A DNA stretch of 64,000 bases from the human T2T-CHM13v2.0 reference genome, Homo sapiens: NCBI RefSeq assembly GCF_009914755.1, contig NC_060946.1; one strand, given 5' to 3'. Numbering within the stretch: position 1 is the first letter of the stretch; the number at the start of each line of letters is the position of its first letter. Under the pieces are notes generated by a model. That model saw only the letters and a program-made list of their open reading frames with translations, did no database searches and had not been told where the DNA came from. A program made the position numbers and the translations under genes. Below, one piece after another: positions 26,001-40,900 of this stretch.

Positions 26001-29000
26001 CTCTGGTGTTGTAAGTATTGTCTAGGCTCTGCTTCAAGGGGCCTTGTCACATATCTCTGCACTGATCACCCAGGTGATGTAACTCTTGTCTAGGCTCTGC
26101 TTCCAGGGCATATTGTGACATATCTATGCACTGATCACCTTAGTGATGTAACACTTTGGTAGGCTCGGCCTACAGGGGAATCTTGAGATATCTCTGCACT
26201 GTTAACCGAGGTGATTTAACTCTTGTCTAGGCTGTGCCCACAGGGGGATTGAGACATATCTCTGCACTGATCCCGAGGTGATACAAGTCTTGCCTGTTCT
26301 CTGCCTACTGTGGACATTGGGACATATCTCTGCACTGATCTCCCAGGTGCTGTAACTTTAGTCTAGGCTCTGGCTACACGGCATTGTGACATATCACTGC
26401 ACTGATCACCCAGGCGATATAACTCTTCTCTAGGATCTGACCACAGGGTGCTTTGTGACATATGCCTGCAATGATCACCCAGGTGATATACCACTTGCCA
26501 AGGCTCTGCCTACAGGGGCATTGCAATGTATCTCTGCACTGATCACCTAGGTCTTGTAGCTATTTTCTAGGATCTGTCTACAGGGTGCTTTGTGACGTGT
26601 CCCAGCAAGGATTACCCAGGTGATGTACCTCTCATCAAGGCTCTGCCTACAGGCACATTGTGATGTATCTCTGCACTGATCACCTCGGTCATGTAACTTT
26701 TTTCTAGGCTCTACCTACGATGGCATTGTGACATATCTCTGCACTAATCATCCAAGTGATGTAACTCTTGTCTAGGATGTGCCTAAATTAACTTTTTGAC
26801 ATAACCCTGTACTGATCATCCAGGTGATGGAGCTTTTGTCTAGGCTCTGCCTAAGGGGGCATTGTGACATATTTCTGCATTGATCACCAAGGTGTCGAAC
26901 TCTTCTCTCGGATCTGCCTATGGGGGCATTGTGAGAAATCTCTGCACTGATCACCCAGGTGATGTGACTGTTGTGTAACCTCTGCCTACAGGGGAATTGT
27001 GAGAGATCTCGTCACTGATTACCCAAGTGATGTAACCATTGTCTAGGCTTTGCGTACAGGGGGCTTTGTGACATACCTTTGCACTGATCACCCAGGTGAT
27101 GTAACACATCTAAGTTCGGCCTAAATGAGCTTTGTGACATATCTCTGCACTGATCACTTAGGTGATGTAACACTTTTATAATCACTGCCTACAGGGAATT
27201 TTGACAAATCTCTGCACTGATCACCTAGGTGATGTAACTCTTGTCTACCCTCTGTCCAACGGGGCATTGTGAAATATCTCTGCACTGATCACCCAGGTGA
27301 TTCAACTCTTGACTAGGAACTGCCTACAGAGGTTATTGTGAAATATCTCTGCACTGATAAACTAGGTGGTGTAACCCTTGTCCAAGCTCTGCCTACAGGG
27401 GCGTTTCCACATATCCCTGAACTGATGACAAAGGTGATGTAACTCTTGCCTAGACTTTGCCTACAGGGAACATTGGACATATATCTGCACTGATCACCCA
27501 TTTGATGCAACTCTTGCCTAGGCTTTGCCTACAGGGGACATCGGGACATATCTCTTCAATGATCACTCATGTGATGCATCTCTTGCCTAGGCTTTGCCTA
27601 CAGGGGACATTGTGACATAGCTCTGCACTGATCTCCCAGGTGCTGTAACTTTATTCTAGGCTCTGGCTACACGGCATTGTGACCTACCTCTGCACTGATC
27701 ACCCAGGTGATATAACTCTTCTCTAGGATCTGCCTACAGGGTACTTTGTGACATATCCCTGCACTGATCACCCAGGTGATCTAACTCTGGTCTAAGCTCT
27801 TCCTAAAGGGGCATTGTGACAGATCTCTGCACTGATCACTCTGGTGTTGTAAGTATTGTCTAGGCTCTGCTTCAAGGGGCCTTGGAACATATCTCTGCAC
27901 TGATCACCCAGGTGATGTAACTCTTGTCTAGGCTCTGCTTCCAGGGCACATTGTGACATATCTATGCACTGATCACCTTAGTGATGTAACACTTTGGTAG
28001 GCTCGGCCTACAGGGGAATCTTGACATATCTCTGCACTGTTAACCGAGGTGATTTAACTCTTCTCTAGGCTGTGCCCACAGGGGGATTGAGACATATCTC
28101 TGCACTGATCGCGAGGTGATACAAGTCTTGCCTGGTCTCTGCCTACTGTGGACATTGGGACATATCTCTGCACTGATCTCCCAGGTGCTGTAACTTTAGT
28201 CTAGGCTCTGGCTACACGGCATTGTGACATATCACTGCACTGATCACCCAGGCGATATAACTCTTCTCTAGGATCTGACCACAGGGTGCTTTGTGACATA
28301 TCCCTGCAATGATCACCCAGGTGATATACCACTTGCCAAGGCTCTGCCTACATGGGCATTGCAATGTATCTCTGCACTGATCACCTAGGTCCTGTAGCTA
28401 TTTTCTAGGATCTGCCTACAGGGTGCTTTGTGACGTGTCCTAGCAAGGATTACCCAGGTGATGTACCTCTCATCAAGGCTCTGCCTACAGGCACATTGTG
28501 ATGTATCTCTGTACTGATCACCTAGGTCATGTAACATTTTTCTAGGCTCTACCTACGATGGCATTGTGACATATCTCTGCACTAATCATCCAAGTGATGT
28601 AACCCTTGTCTAGGATATGCCTAAATTAACTTTTTGACATAAACCTGTACTGATCATCCAGGTGATGGAGCTTTTGTCTAGGCTCTGCCTAAGGGGGCAT
28701 TGTGACATATTTCTGCATTGATCACCCAGGTGGCGAACTCTTCTCTCGGATCTGCCTATGGGGGCATTGTGAGAAATCTCTGCACTGATCACCCAGGTGA
28801 TGTAACTGTTGTGTAACCTCTGCCTACAGGGGAATTGTGAGAGATGTCGTCACTGATTACCCAAGTGATGTAACCATTGTCTAGGCTTTGCGTACAGGGG
28901 GCTTTGTGACATACCTTTGCCCTGATCACCCAGGTGATGTAACACATCTAAGTTCGGCCTAAAGGAGCCTTGTGACATATCTCTGCACTGATCACTTAGG

Positions 29001-32000
29001 TGATGTAACACTTTTATAATCACTGCCTACAGGGAAATTTGACAAATCTCTGCACTGATCACCTAGGTGATGTAACTCTTGTCTACCCTCTGTCCAACGG
29101 GGCATTGTGAAATATCTCTGCACTGATCACCCAGGTGATTCAACTCTTGACTAGGAACTGCCTACAGAGGTTATTGTGAAATATCTCTGCACTGATAAAC
29201 TAGGTGGTGTAACCCATGTCCAAGCTCTGCCTACAGGGTCGTTTCCACATATCCCTGAACTGATGACAAAGGTGATGTAACACTTGCCTAGGCTTTGCCT
29301 ACAGGGAACATTGGACATATATCTGCACTGATCACCCAGGTGATGCAACTCTTGCCAAGGCTTTGCCTACAGGGGACATTGTGACATATCTCTTCAATGA
29401 TCACTCACGTGATGCATCTCTTGCCTTGGCTTTGCCTACAGGGGACATTGTGACATAGCTCTGCACTGATCTCCCAGGTGCTGTAACTTTAGTCTAGGCT
29501 CTGGCTACACGGCATTGTGACCTACCTCTGCAATGATCACCCAGGTGATATAACTCTTCTCTAGGATCTGCCTACAGGGTACTTTGTGACATATCCCTGC
29601 ACTGATCACCCAGGTGATCAAACTCTGGTCTAAGCTCTGTCTAAAGGGGCATTGTGACAGATCTCTGCACTGATCACTCTGGTGATGTAAGTATTGTCTA
29701 GGCTCTGCTTCAAGGGGTCTTGTCACATATCTCTGCACTGATCACCCAGGTGATGTAACTCTTTTCTAGGCTCTGCTTCCAGGGCATATTGTGACATATC
29801 TATGCACTGATCACCTTAGTGATGTAACACTTTGGTAGGCTCGGCCTACAGGGGAATCTTGAGATATCTCTGCACTGTTAACCGAGGTGATTTAACTCTT
29901 GTCTAGGCTGTGCCCACAGGGGGATTGAGACATATCTCTGCACTGATCCCGAGGTGATACAAGTCTTGCCTGGTCTCTGCCTACTGTGGACATTGGGACA
30001 TATCTCTGCACTGATCTCCCAGGTGCTGTAACTTTAGTCTAGGCTCTGGCTACACGGCATTGTGACATATCACTGCACTGATCACCCAGGCGATATAACT
30101 CTTCTCTAGGATCTGCCTACAGGGTGCTTTGTGACATATCCCTGCAATGATCACCCAGGTGATATACCACTTGCCAAGGCTCTGCCTACAGGGGCATTGC
30201 AATGTATCTCTGCACTGATCACCTAGGTCTTGTAGCTATTTTCTACGATCTGTCTACAGGGTGCTTTGTGACGTGTCCCAGCAAGGATTACCCAGGTGAT
30301 GTACCTCTCATCAAGGCTCTGCCTACAGGCACATTGTGATGTATCTCTGCACTGATCACCTCGGTCATGTAACTTTTTTCTAGGCTCTACCTACGATGGC
30401 ATTGTGACATATCTCTGCACTAATCATCCAAGTGATGTAACTCTTGTCTAGGATGTGCCTAAATTAACTTTTTGACATAACCCTGTACTGATCATCCAGG
30501 TGATGGAGCTTTTGTCTAGGCTCTGCCTAAGGGGGCATTGTGACATATTTCTGCATTGATCACCCAGGTGGCGAACTCTTCTCTCGGATCTGCCTATGGG
30601 GGCATTGTGAGAAATCTCTGCACTGATCACCCAGGTGATGTAACTGTTGTGTAACCTCTGCCTACAGGGGAATTGTGAGAGATCTCGTCACTGATTACCC
30701 AAGTGATGTAACCATTGTCTAGGCTTTGCGTACAGGGGGCTTTGTGACATACCTTTGCACTGATCACCCAGGTGATGTAACACATCTAAGTTCGGCCTAA
30801 ATGAGCTTTGTGACATATCTCTGCACTGATCACTTAGGTGATGTAACACTTTTATAATCACTGCCTACAGGGAATTTTGACTAATCTCTGCACTGATCAC
30901 CTAGGTGATGTAACTCTTGTCTACCCTCTGTCCAACGGGGCATTGTGAAATATCTCTGCACTGATCACCCAGGTGATTCAACTCTTGACTAGGAACTGCC
31001 TACAGAGGTTATTGTGAAATATCTCTGCACTGATAAACTAGGTGGTGTAACCCTTGTCCAAGCTCTGCCTACAGGGGCGTTTCCACATATCCCTGAACTG
31101 ATGACAAAGGTGATGTAACTCTTGCCTAGGCTTTGCCTACAGGGAACATTGGACATATATCTGCACTGATCACCCATTTGATGCAACTCTTGCCTAGGCT
31201 TTGCCTACAGGGGACATCGGGACATATCTCTTCAATGATCACTCATGTGATGCATCTCTTGCCTAGGCTTTGCCTACAGGGGACATTGTGACATATCTCT
31301 GCACTGATCTCCCAGGTGCTGTAACTTTAGTCTAGGCTCTGGCTACACGGCATTGTGACCTACCTCTGCACTGATCACCCAGGTGATATAACTCTTCTCT
31401 AGGATCTGCCTACAGGGTACTTTGTGACATATCCCTGCACTGATCACCCAGGTGATCTAACTCTGGTCTAAGCTCTTCCTAAAGGGGCATTGTGACAGAT
31501 CTCTGCACTGATCACTCTGGTGTTGTAAGTATTGTCTAGGCTCTGCTTCAAGGGGCCTTGTCACATAGCTCTGCACTGATCACCCAGGTGATGTAACTCT
31601 TGTCTAGGCTCTGCTTCCAGGGCATATTGTGACATATCTATGCACTGATCACCTTAGTGATGTAACACTTTGGTAGGCTCGGCCTACAGGGGAATCTTGA
31701 CATATCTCTGCACTGTTAACCGAGGTGATTTAACTCTTGTCTAGGCTGTGCCCACAGGGGGATTGAGACATATCTCTGCACTGATCGCGAGGTGATACAA
31801 GTCTTGCCTGGTCTCTGCCTACTGTGGACATTGGGACATATCTCTGCACTGATCTCCCAGGTGCTGTAACTTTAGTCTAGGCTCTGGCTACACGGCATTG
31901 TGACATATCACTGCACTGATCACCCAGGCGTTATAACTCTTCTCTAGGATCTGACCACAGGGTGCTTTGTGACATATCCCTGCAATGATCACCCAGGTGA

Positions 32001-34900
32001 TATACCACTTGCCAAGGCTCTGCCTACATGGGCATTGCAATGTATCTCTGCACTGATCACCTAGGTCCTGTAGCTATTTTCTAGGATCTGCCTACAGGGT
32101 GCTTTGTGACGTGTCCCAGCAAGGATTACCCAGGTGATGTACCTCTCATCAAGGCTCTGCCTACAGGCACATTGTGATGTATCTCTGTACTGATCACCTA
32201 GGTCATGTAACATTTTTCTAGGCTCTACCTACGATGGCATTGTGACATATCTCTGCACTAATCATCCAAGTGATGTAACCCTTGTCTAGGATATGCCTAA
32301 ATTAACTTTTTGACATAACCCTGTACTGATCATCCAGGTGATGGAGCTTTTGTCTAGGCTCTGCCTAAGGGGGCATTGTGACATATTTCTGCATTGATCA
32401 CCCAGGTGGCGAACTCTTCTCTCGGATCTGCCTATGGGGGCATTGTGAGAAATCTCTGCACTGATCACCCAGGTGATGTAACTGTTGTGTAACCTCTGCC
32501 TACAGGGGAATTGTGAGAGATGTCGTCACTGATTACCCAAGTGATGTAACCATTGTCTAGGCTTTGCGTACAGGGGGCTTTGTGACATACCTTTGCCCTG
32601 ATCACCCAGGTGATGTAACACATCTAAGTTCGGCCTAAAGGAGCCTTGTGACATATCTCTGCACTGATCACTTAGGTGATGTAACACTTTTATAATCACT
32701 GCCTACAGGGAAATTTGACAAATCTCTCCACTGATCACCTAGGTGATGTAACTCTTGTCTACCCTCTGTCCAACGGGGCATTCTGAAATATCTCTGCACT
32801 GATCACCCAGGTGATTCAACTCTTGACTAGGAACTGCCTACAGAGGTTATTGTGAAATATCTCTGCACTGATAAACTAGGTGGTGTAACCCATGTCCAAG
32901 CTCTGCCTACAGGGTCGTTTCCACATATCCCTGAACTGATGACAAAGGTGATGTAACACTTGCCTAGGCTTTGCCTACAGGAAACATTGAACATATATCT
33001 GCACTGATCACCCAGGTGATGCAACTCTTCCCTAGGCTTTGCCTACAGGGGACATTGTGACATATCTCTTCAATGATCACTCATGTGATGCATCTCTTGC
33101 CTTGGCTTTGCCTACAGGGGACATTGTGACATATCTCTGCACTGATCTCCCAGGTGCTGTAACTTTAGTCTAGGCTCTGGCTACACGGCATTGTGACCTA
33201 CCTCTGCACTGATCACCCAGGTGATATAACTCTTCTCTAGGATCTGCCTACAGGGTACTTTGTGACATATCCCTGCACTGATCACCCAGGTGATCTAACT
33301 CTGGTCTAAGCTCTTCCTAAAGGGGCATTGTGACAGATCTCTGCACTGATCACTCTGGTGTTGTAAGTATTGTCTAGGCTCTGCTTCAAGGGGCCTTGTC
33401 ACATATCTCTGCACTGATCACCCAGGTGATGTAACTCTTGTCTAGGCTCTGCTTCCAGGGCATATTGTGACATATCTATGCACTGATCACCTTAGTGATG
33501 TAACACTTTGGTAGGCTTGGCCTACAGGGGAATCTTGAGATATCTCTGCACTGTTAACCGAGGTGATTTAACTCTTGTCTAGGCTGTGCCCACAGGGGGA
33601 TTGAGACATATCTCTGCACTGATCCCGAGGTGATACAAGTCTTGCCTGTTCTCTGCCTACTGTGGACATTGGGACATATCTCTGCACTGATCTCCCAGGT
33701 TCTGTAACTTTAGTCTAGGCTCTGGCTACACGGCATTGTGACATATCACTGCACTGATCACCCAGGCGATATAACTCTTCTCTAGGATCTGACCACAGGG
33801 TGCTTTGTGACATATGCCTGCAATGATCACCCAGGTGATATACCACTTGCCAAGGCTCTGCCTACAGGGGCATTGCAATGTATCTCTGCACTGATCACCT
33901 AGGTCTTGTAGCTATTTTCTAGGATCTGTCTACAGGGTGCTTTGTGACGTGTCCCAGCAAGGATTACCCAGGTGATGTACCTCTCATCAAGGCTCTGCCT
34001 ACAGGCACATTGTGATGTATCTCTGCACTGATCACCTCGGCCATGTAACTTTTTTCTAGGCTCTACCTACGATGGCATTGTGACATATCTCTGCACTAAT
34101 CATCCAAGTGATGTAACTCTTGTCTAGGATGTGCCTAAATTAACTTTTTGACATAACCCTGTACTGATCATCCAGGTGATGGAGCTTTTGTCTAGGCTCT
34201 GCCTAAGGGGGCATTGTGACATATTTCTGCATTGATCACCAAGGTGTCGAACTCTTCTCTCGGATCTGCCTATGGGGGCATTGTGAGAAATCTCTGCACT
34301 GATCACCCAGGTGATGTGACTGTTGTGTAACCTCTGCCTACAGGGGAATTGTGAGAGATCTCGTCACTGATTACCCAAGTGATGTAACCATTGTCTAGGC
34401 TTTGCGTACAGGGGGCTTTGTGACATACCTTTGCACTGATCACCCAGGTGATGTAACACATCTAAGTTCGGCCTAAATGAGCTTTGTGACATATCTCTGC
34501 ACTGATCACTTAGGTGATGTAACACTTTTATAATCACTGCCTACAGGGAATTTTGACAAATCTCTGCACTGATCACCTAGGTGATGTAACTCTTGTCTAC
34601 CCTCTGTCCAACGGGGCATTGTGAAATATCTCTGCACTGATCACCCAGGTGATTCAACTCTTGACTAGGAACTGCCTACAGAGGTTATTGTGAAATATCT
34701 CTGCACTGATAAACTAGGTGGTGTAACCCTTGTCCAAGCTCTGCCTACAGGGGCGTTTCCACATATCCCTGAACTGATGACAAAGGTGATGTAACTCTTG
34801 CCTAGGCTTTGCCTACAGGGAACATTGGACATATATCTGCACTGATCACCCATTTGATGCAACTCTTGCCTAGGCTTTGCCTACAGGGGACATCGGGACA
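20100..34900 (+). repeat. Tandem duplication of a 4-HOR (7352 bp) super-unit, itself made of alternating A/B HORs (3676 bp)
   Basis: Rare SNVs recur 7352 bp apart (TTGGAACAT ~20531/27883, CATAAACC ~21285/28637, TGACTAATC ~23527/30879, CTCTCCACT ~25373/32725, GATGTGACTG ~26961/34313). TCGCGA at 20757, 24433, 28109, 31785 and GATATC at 22511, 26187, 29863, 33539 recur every 3676 bp. Boundaries are approximate. Confidence 0.88.
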
Positions 34901-34999
34901 TATCTCTTCAATGATCACTCATGTGATGCATCTCTTGCCTAGGCTTTGCCTACAGGGGACATTGTGACATATCTCTGCACTGATCTCCCAGGTGCTGTA

Positions 35000-37900
35000 A
35001 CTTTAGTCTAGGCTCTGGCTACACGGCATTGTGACCTACCTCTGCAATGATCACCCAGGTGATATAACTCTTCTCTAGGATATGCCTACAGGGTACTTTG
35101 TGACATATCCCTGCACTGATCACCCAGGTGATCAAACTCTGGTCTAAGCTCTGCCTAAAGGGGCATTGTGACAGATCTCTGCACTGATCACTCTGGTGAT
35201 GTAAGTATTGTCTAGGCTCTGCTTCAAGGGGCCTTGTCACATATCTCTGCACTGATCACCCAGGTGATGTAACTCTTGTCTAGGCTCTGCTTCCAGGGCA
35301 TATTGTGACATATCTATGCACTGATCACCTTAGTGATGTAACACTTTGGTAGGCTCGGCCTACAGGGGAATCTTGACATATCTCTGCACTGTTAACCGAG
35401 GTGATTTAACTCTTGTCTAGGCTGTGCCCACAGGGGGATTGAGACATATCTCTGCACTGATCCCGAGGTGATACAAGTCTTGCCTGGTCTCTGCCTACTG
35501 TGGACATTGTGACATATCTCTGCACTGATCTCCCAGGTGCTGTAACTTTAGTCTAGGCTCTGGCTACACGGCATTGTGACATATCACTGCACTGATCACC
35601 CAGGCGATATAACTCTTCTCTAGGATCTGACCACAGGGTGCTTTGTGACATTTCCCTGCAATGATCACCCAGGTGATATACCACTTGCCAAGGCTCTGCC
35701 TACAGGGGCATTGCAATGTATCTCTGCACTGATCACCTAGGTCTTGTAGCTATTTTCTAGGATCTGCCTACAGGGTGCTTTGTGACGTGTCCCAGCAAGG
35801 ATTACCCAGGTGATGTACCTCTCATCAAGGCTCTGCCTACAGGCACATTGTGATGTATCTCTGCACTGATCACCTCGGTCATGTAACTTTTTTCTAGGCT
35901 CTACCTACGATGGCATTGTGACATATCTCTGCACTAATCATCCAAGTGATGTAACTCTTGTCTAGGATGTGCCTAAATTAACTTTTTGACATAACCCTGT
36001 ACTGATCATCCAGGTGATGGAGCTTTTGTGTAGGCTCTGCCTAAGGGGGCATTGTGACATATTTCTGCATTGATCACCCAGGTGGCGAACTCTTCTCTCG
36101 GATCTGCCTATGGGGGCATTGTGAGAAATCTCTGCACTGATCACCCAGGTGATGTAACTGTTGTGTAACCTCTGCCTACAGGGGAATTGTGAGAGATCTC
36201 GTCACTGATTACCCAAGTGATGTAACCATTGTCTAGGCTTTGCGTACAGGGGGCTTTGTGACATACCTTTGCACTGATCACAAAGGTGATGTAACACATT
36301 TAAGTTCGGGCTAAAGGAGCTTTGTGACATATCTCTGCACTGATCACTTAGGTGATGTAACACTTTTATAATCACTGCCTACAGGGAATTTTGACAAATC
36401 TCTGCACTGATCACCTAGGTGATGTAACTCTTGTCTACCCTCTGTCCAACGGGGCATTGTGAAATATCTCTGCACTGATCACCCAGGTGATTCAACTCTT
36501 GACTAGGAACTGCCTACAGAGGTTATTGTGAAATATCTCTGCACTGATAAACTAGGTGGTGTAACCCTTGTCCAAGCTCTGCCTACAGGGGCGTTTCCAC
36601 ATATACCTGAACTAATGACAAAGGTGATGTAACTCTTACCTAGGCTTTGCCTACAGGGAACATTGGACATATATCTGCACTGATCACCCATTTGATGCAA
36701 CTCTTGCCTAGGCTTTGCCTACAGGGGACATCGGGACATATCTCTTCAATGATCACTCATGTGATACATCTCTTGCCTAGGCTTTGCCTACAGGGGACAT
36801 TGTGACATATCTCTGCACTGATCTCCCAGGTGCTGTAACTTTAGTCTAGGCTCTGGCTACACGGCATTGTGACCTACCTCTGCACTGATCACCCAGGTGA
36901 TATAACTCTTCTCTAGGATCTGGCTACAGGGTACTTTGTGACATATTCCTGCACTGATCACCCAGGTGATCTAACACTGGTCTAAGCTCTTCCTAAAGGG
37001 GCATTGTGACAGATCTCTGCACTGATCACTCTGGTGTTGTAAGTATTGTCTAGGCTCTGCTTCAAGGGGCCTTGTCACATATCTCTGCACTGATCACCCA
37101 GGTGATGTAACTCTTGTCTAGGCTCTGCTTCCAGGGCATATTGTGACATATCTATGCACTGATCACCTTAGTGATGTAACACTTTGGTAGGCTCGGCCTA
37201 CAGGGGAATCTTGACATATCTCTGCACTGTTAACCGAGGTGATTTAACTCTTGTCTAGGCTGTGCCCACAGGGGGATTGAGACATATCTCTGCACTGATC
37301 CCGAGGTGATACAAGTCTTGCCTGGTCTCTGCCTACTGTGGACATGGGGACATATCTCTGCACTGATCTCCCAGGTGCTGTAACATTAGTCTAGGCTCTG
37401 GCTACACGGCATTGTGACATATCACTGCACTGATCACCCAGGCGATATAACTCTTCTCTAGGATCTGACCACAGGGTGCTTTGTGACATATCCCTGCAAT
37501 GATCACCCAGGTGATATACCACTTGCCAAGGCTCCGCCTACAGGGGCATTGCAATGTATCTCTGCACTGATCACCTAGGTCCTGTAGCTATTTTCTAGGA
37601 TCTGCCTACAGGGTGCTTTGTGACGTGTCCTAGCAAGGATTACCCAGGTGATGTACCTCTCATCAAGGCTCTGCCAACAGGCACATTGTGATGTATCTCT
37701 GTACTGATCACCTAGGTCATGTAACATTTTTCTAGGCTCTACCTACGATGGCATTGTGACATATCTCTGCACTAATCATCCAAGTGATGTAACCCTTGTC
37801 TAGGATGTGCCTAAATTAACTTTTTGACATAACCCTGTACTGATCATCCAGGTGATGGAGCTTTTGTCTAGGCTCTGCCTAAGGGGGCATTGTGACATAT

Positions 37901-40900
37901 TTCTGCATTGATCACCCAGGTGGCGAACTCTTCTCTCGGATCTGCCTATGGGGGCATTGTGAGAAATCTCTGCACTGATCACCCAGGTGATGTGACTGTT
38001 GTGTAACCTCTGCCTACAGGGGAATTGTGAGAGATGTCGTCACTGATTACCCAAGTGATGTAACCATTGTCTAGGCTTTGCGTACAGGGGGCTTTGTGAC
38101 ATACCTTTGCACTGATCACCCAGGTGATGTAACACATCTAAGTTCGGCCTAAAGGAGCCTTGTGACATATCTCTGCACTGATCACGTAGGTGATGTAACA
38201 CTTTTATAATCACTGCCTACAGGGAATTTTGACAAATCTCTGCACTGATCACCTAGGTGATGTAACTCTTGTCTACCCTCTGTCCAACGGGGCATTGTGA
38301 AATATCTCTGCACTGATCACCCAGGTGATTCAACTCTTGACTAGGAACTGCCTACAGAGGTTATTGTGAAATATCTCTGCACTGATAAACTAGGTGGTGT
38401 AACCCTTGTCCAAGCTCTGCCTACAGGGGCGTTTCCACATATCCCTGAACTGATGACAAAGGTGATGTAACTCTTGCCTAGGCTTTGCCTACAGGGAACA
38501 TTGGACATATATCTGCACTGATCACCCATTTGATGCAACTCTTGCCTAGGCTTTGCCTACAGGGGACATCGGGACATATCTCTTCAATGATCACTCATGT
38601 GATGCATCTCTTGCCTAGGCTTTGCCTACAGGGGACATTGTGACATATCTCTGCACTGATCTCCCAGGTGCTGTAACTTTAGTCTAGGCTCTGGCTACAC
38701 GGCATTGTGACCTACCTCTGCAATGATCACCCAGCTGATATAACTCTTCTCTAGGATCTGCCTACAGGGTACTTTGTGACATATCCCTGCACTGATCACC
38801 CAGGTGATCAAACTCTGGTCTAAGCTCTGCCTAAAGGGGCATTGTGACAGATCTCTGCACTGATCACTCTGGTGATGTAAGTATTGTCTAGGCTCTGCTT
38901 CAAGGGGCCTTGTCACATATCTCTGCACTGATCACCCAGGTGATGTAACTCTTGTCTAGGCTCTGCTTCCAGGGCATATTGTGACATATCTATGCACTGA
39001 TCACCTTAGTGATGTAACACTTTGGTAGGCTCGGCCTACAGGGGAATCTTGACATATCTCTGCACTGTTAACCGAGGTGATTTAACTCTTGTCTAGGCTG
39101 TGCCCACAGGGGGATTGAGACATATCTCTGCACTGATCCCGAGGTGATACAAGTCTTGCCTGGTCTCTGCCTACTGTGGACATTGTGACATATCTCTGCA
39201 CTGATCTCCCAGGTGCTGTAACTTTAGTCTAGGCTCTGGCTACACGGCATTGTGACATATCACTGCACTGATCACCCAGGCGATATAACTCTTCTCTAGG
39301 ATCTGACCACAGGGTGCTTTGTGACATTTCCCTGCAATGATCACCCAGGTGATATACCACTTGCCAAGGCTCTGCCTACAGGGGCATTGCAATTTATCTC
39401 TGCACTGATCACCTAGGTCTTGTAGCTATTTTCTAGGATCTGCCTACAGGGTGCTTTGTGACGTGTCCCAGCAAGGATTACCCAGGTGATGTACCTCTCA
39501 TCAAGGCTCTGCCTACAGGCACATTGTGATGTATCTCTGCACTGATCACCTCGGTCATGTAACTTTTTTCTAGGCTCTACCTACGATGGCATTGTGACAT
39601 ATCTCTGCACTAATCATCCAAGTGATGTAACTCTTGTCTAGGATGTGCCTAAATTAACTTTTTGACATAACCCTGTACTGATCATCCAGGTGATGGAGCT
39701 TTTGTGTAGGCTCTGCCTAAGGGGGCATTGTGACATATTTCTGCATTGATCACCCAGGTGGCGAACTCTTCTCTCGGATCTGCCTATGGGGGCATTGTGA
39801 GAAATCTCTGCACTGATCACCCAGGTGATGTAACTGTTGTGTAACCTCTGCTTACAGGGGAATTGTGAGAGATCTCGTCACTGATTACCCAAGTGATGTA
39901 ACCATTGTCTAGGCTTTGCGTACAGGGGGCTTTGTGACATACCTTTGCACTGATCACAAAGGTGATGTAACACATTTAAGTTCGGGCTAAAGGAGCTTTG
40001 TGACATATCTCTGCACTGATCACTTAGGTGATGTAACACTTTTATAATCACTGCCTACAGGGAATTTTGACAAATCTCTGCACTGATCACCTAGGTGATG
40101 TAACTCTTGTCTACCCTCTGTCCAACGGGGCATTGTGAAATATCTCTGCACTGATCACCCAGGTGATTCAACTCTTGACTAGGAACTGCCTACAGAGGTT
40201 ATTGTGAAATATCTCTGCACTGATAAACTAGGTGGTGTAACCCTTGTCCAAGCTCTGCCTACAGGGGCGTTTCCACATATCCCTGAACTAATGACAAAGG
40301 TGATGTAACTCTTCCCTAGGCTTTGCCTACAGGGAACATTGGACATATATCTGCACTGATCACCCAATTGATGCAACTCTTGCCTAGGCTTTGCCTACAG
40401 GGGACATCGGGACATATCTCTTCAATGATCACTCATGTGATGCATCTCTTGCCTAGGCTTTGCCTACAGGGGACATTGTGACATATCTCTGCACTGATCT
40501 CCCAGGTGCTGTAACTTTAGTCTAGGCTCTGGCTACACGGCATTGTGACCTACCTCTGCACTGATCACCCAGGTGATATAACTCTTCTCTAGGATCTGGC
40601 TACAGGGTACTTTGTGACATATTCCTGCACTGATCACCCAGGTGATCTAACACTGGTCTAAGCTCTTCCTAAAGGGGCATTTTGACAGATCTCTGCACTG
40701 ATCACTCTGGTGTTGTAAGTATTGTCTAGGCTCTGCTTCAAGGGGCCTTGTCACATATCTCTGCACTGATCACCCAGGTGATGTAACTCTTGTCTAGGCT
40801 CTGCTTCCAGGGCATATTGTGACATATCTATGCACTGATCACCTTAGTGATGTAACACTTTGGTAGGCTCGGCCTACAGGGGAATCTTGACATATCTCTG

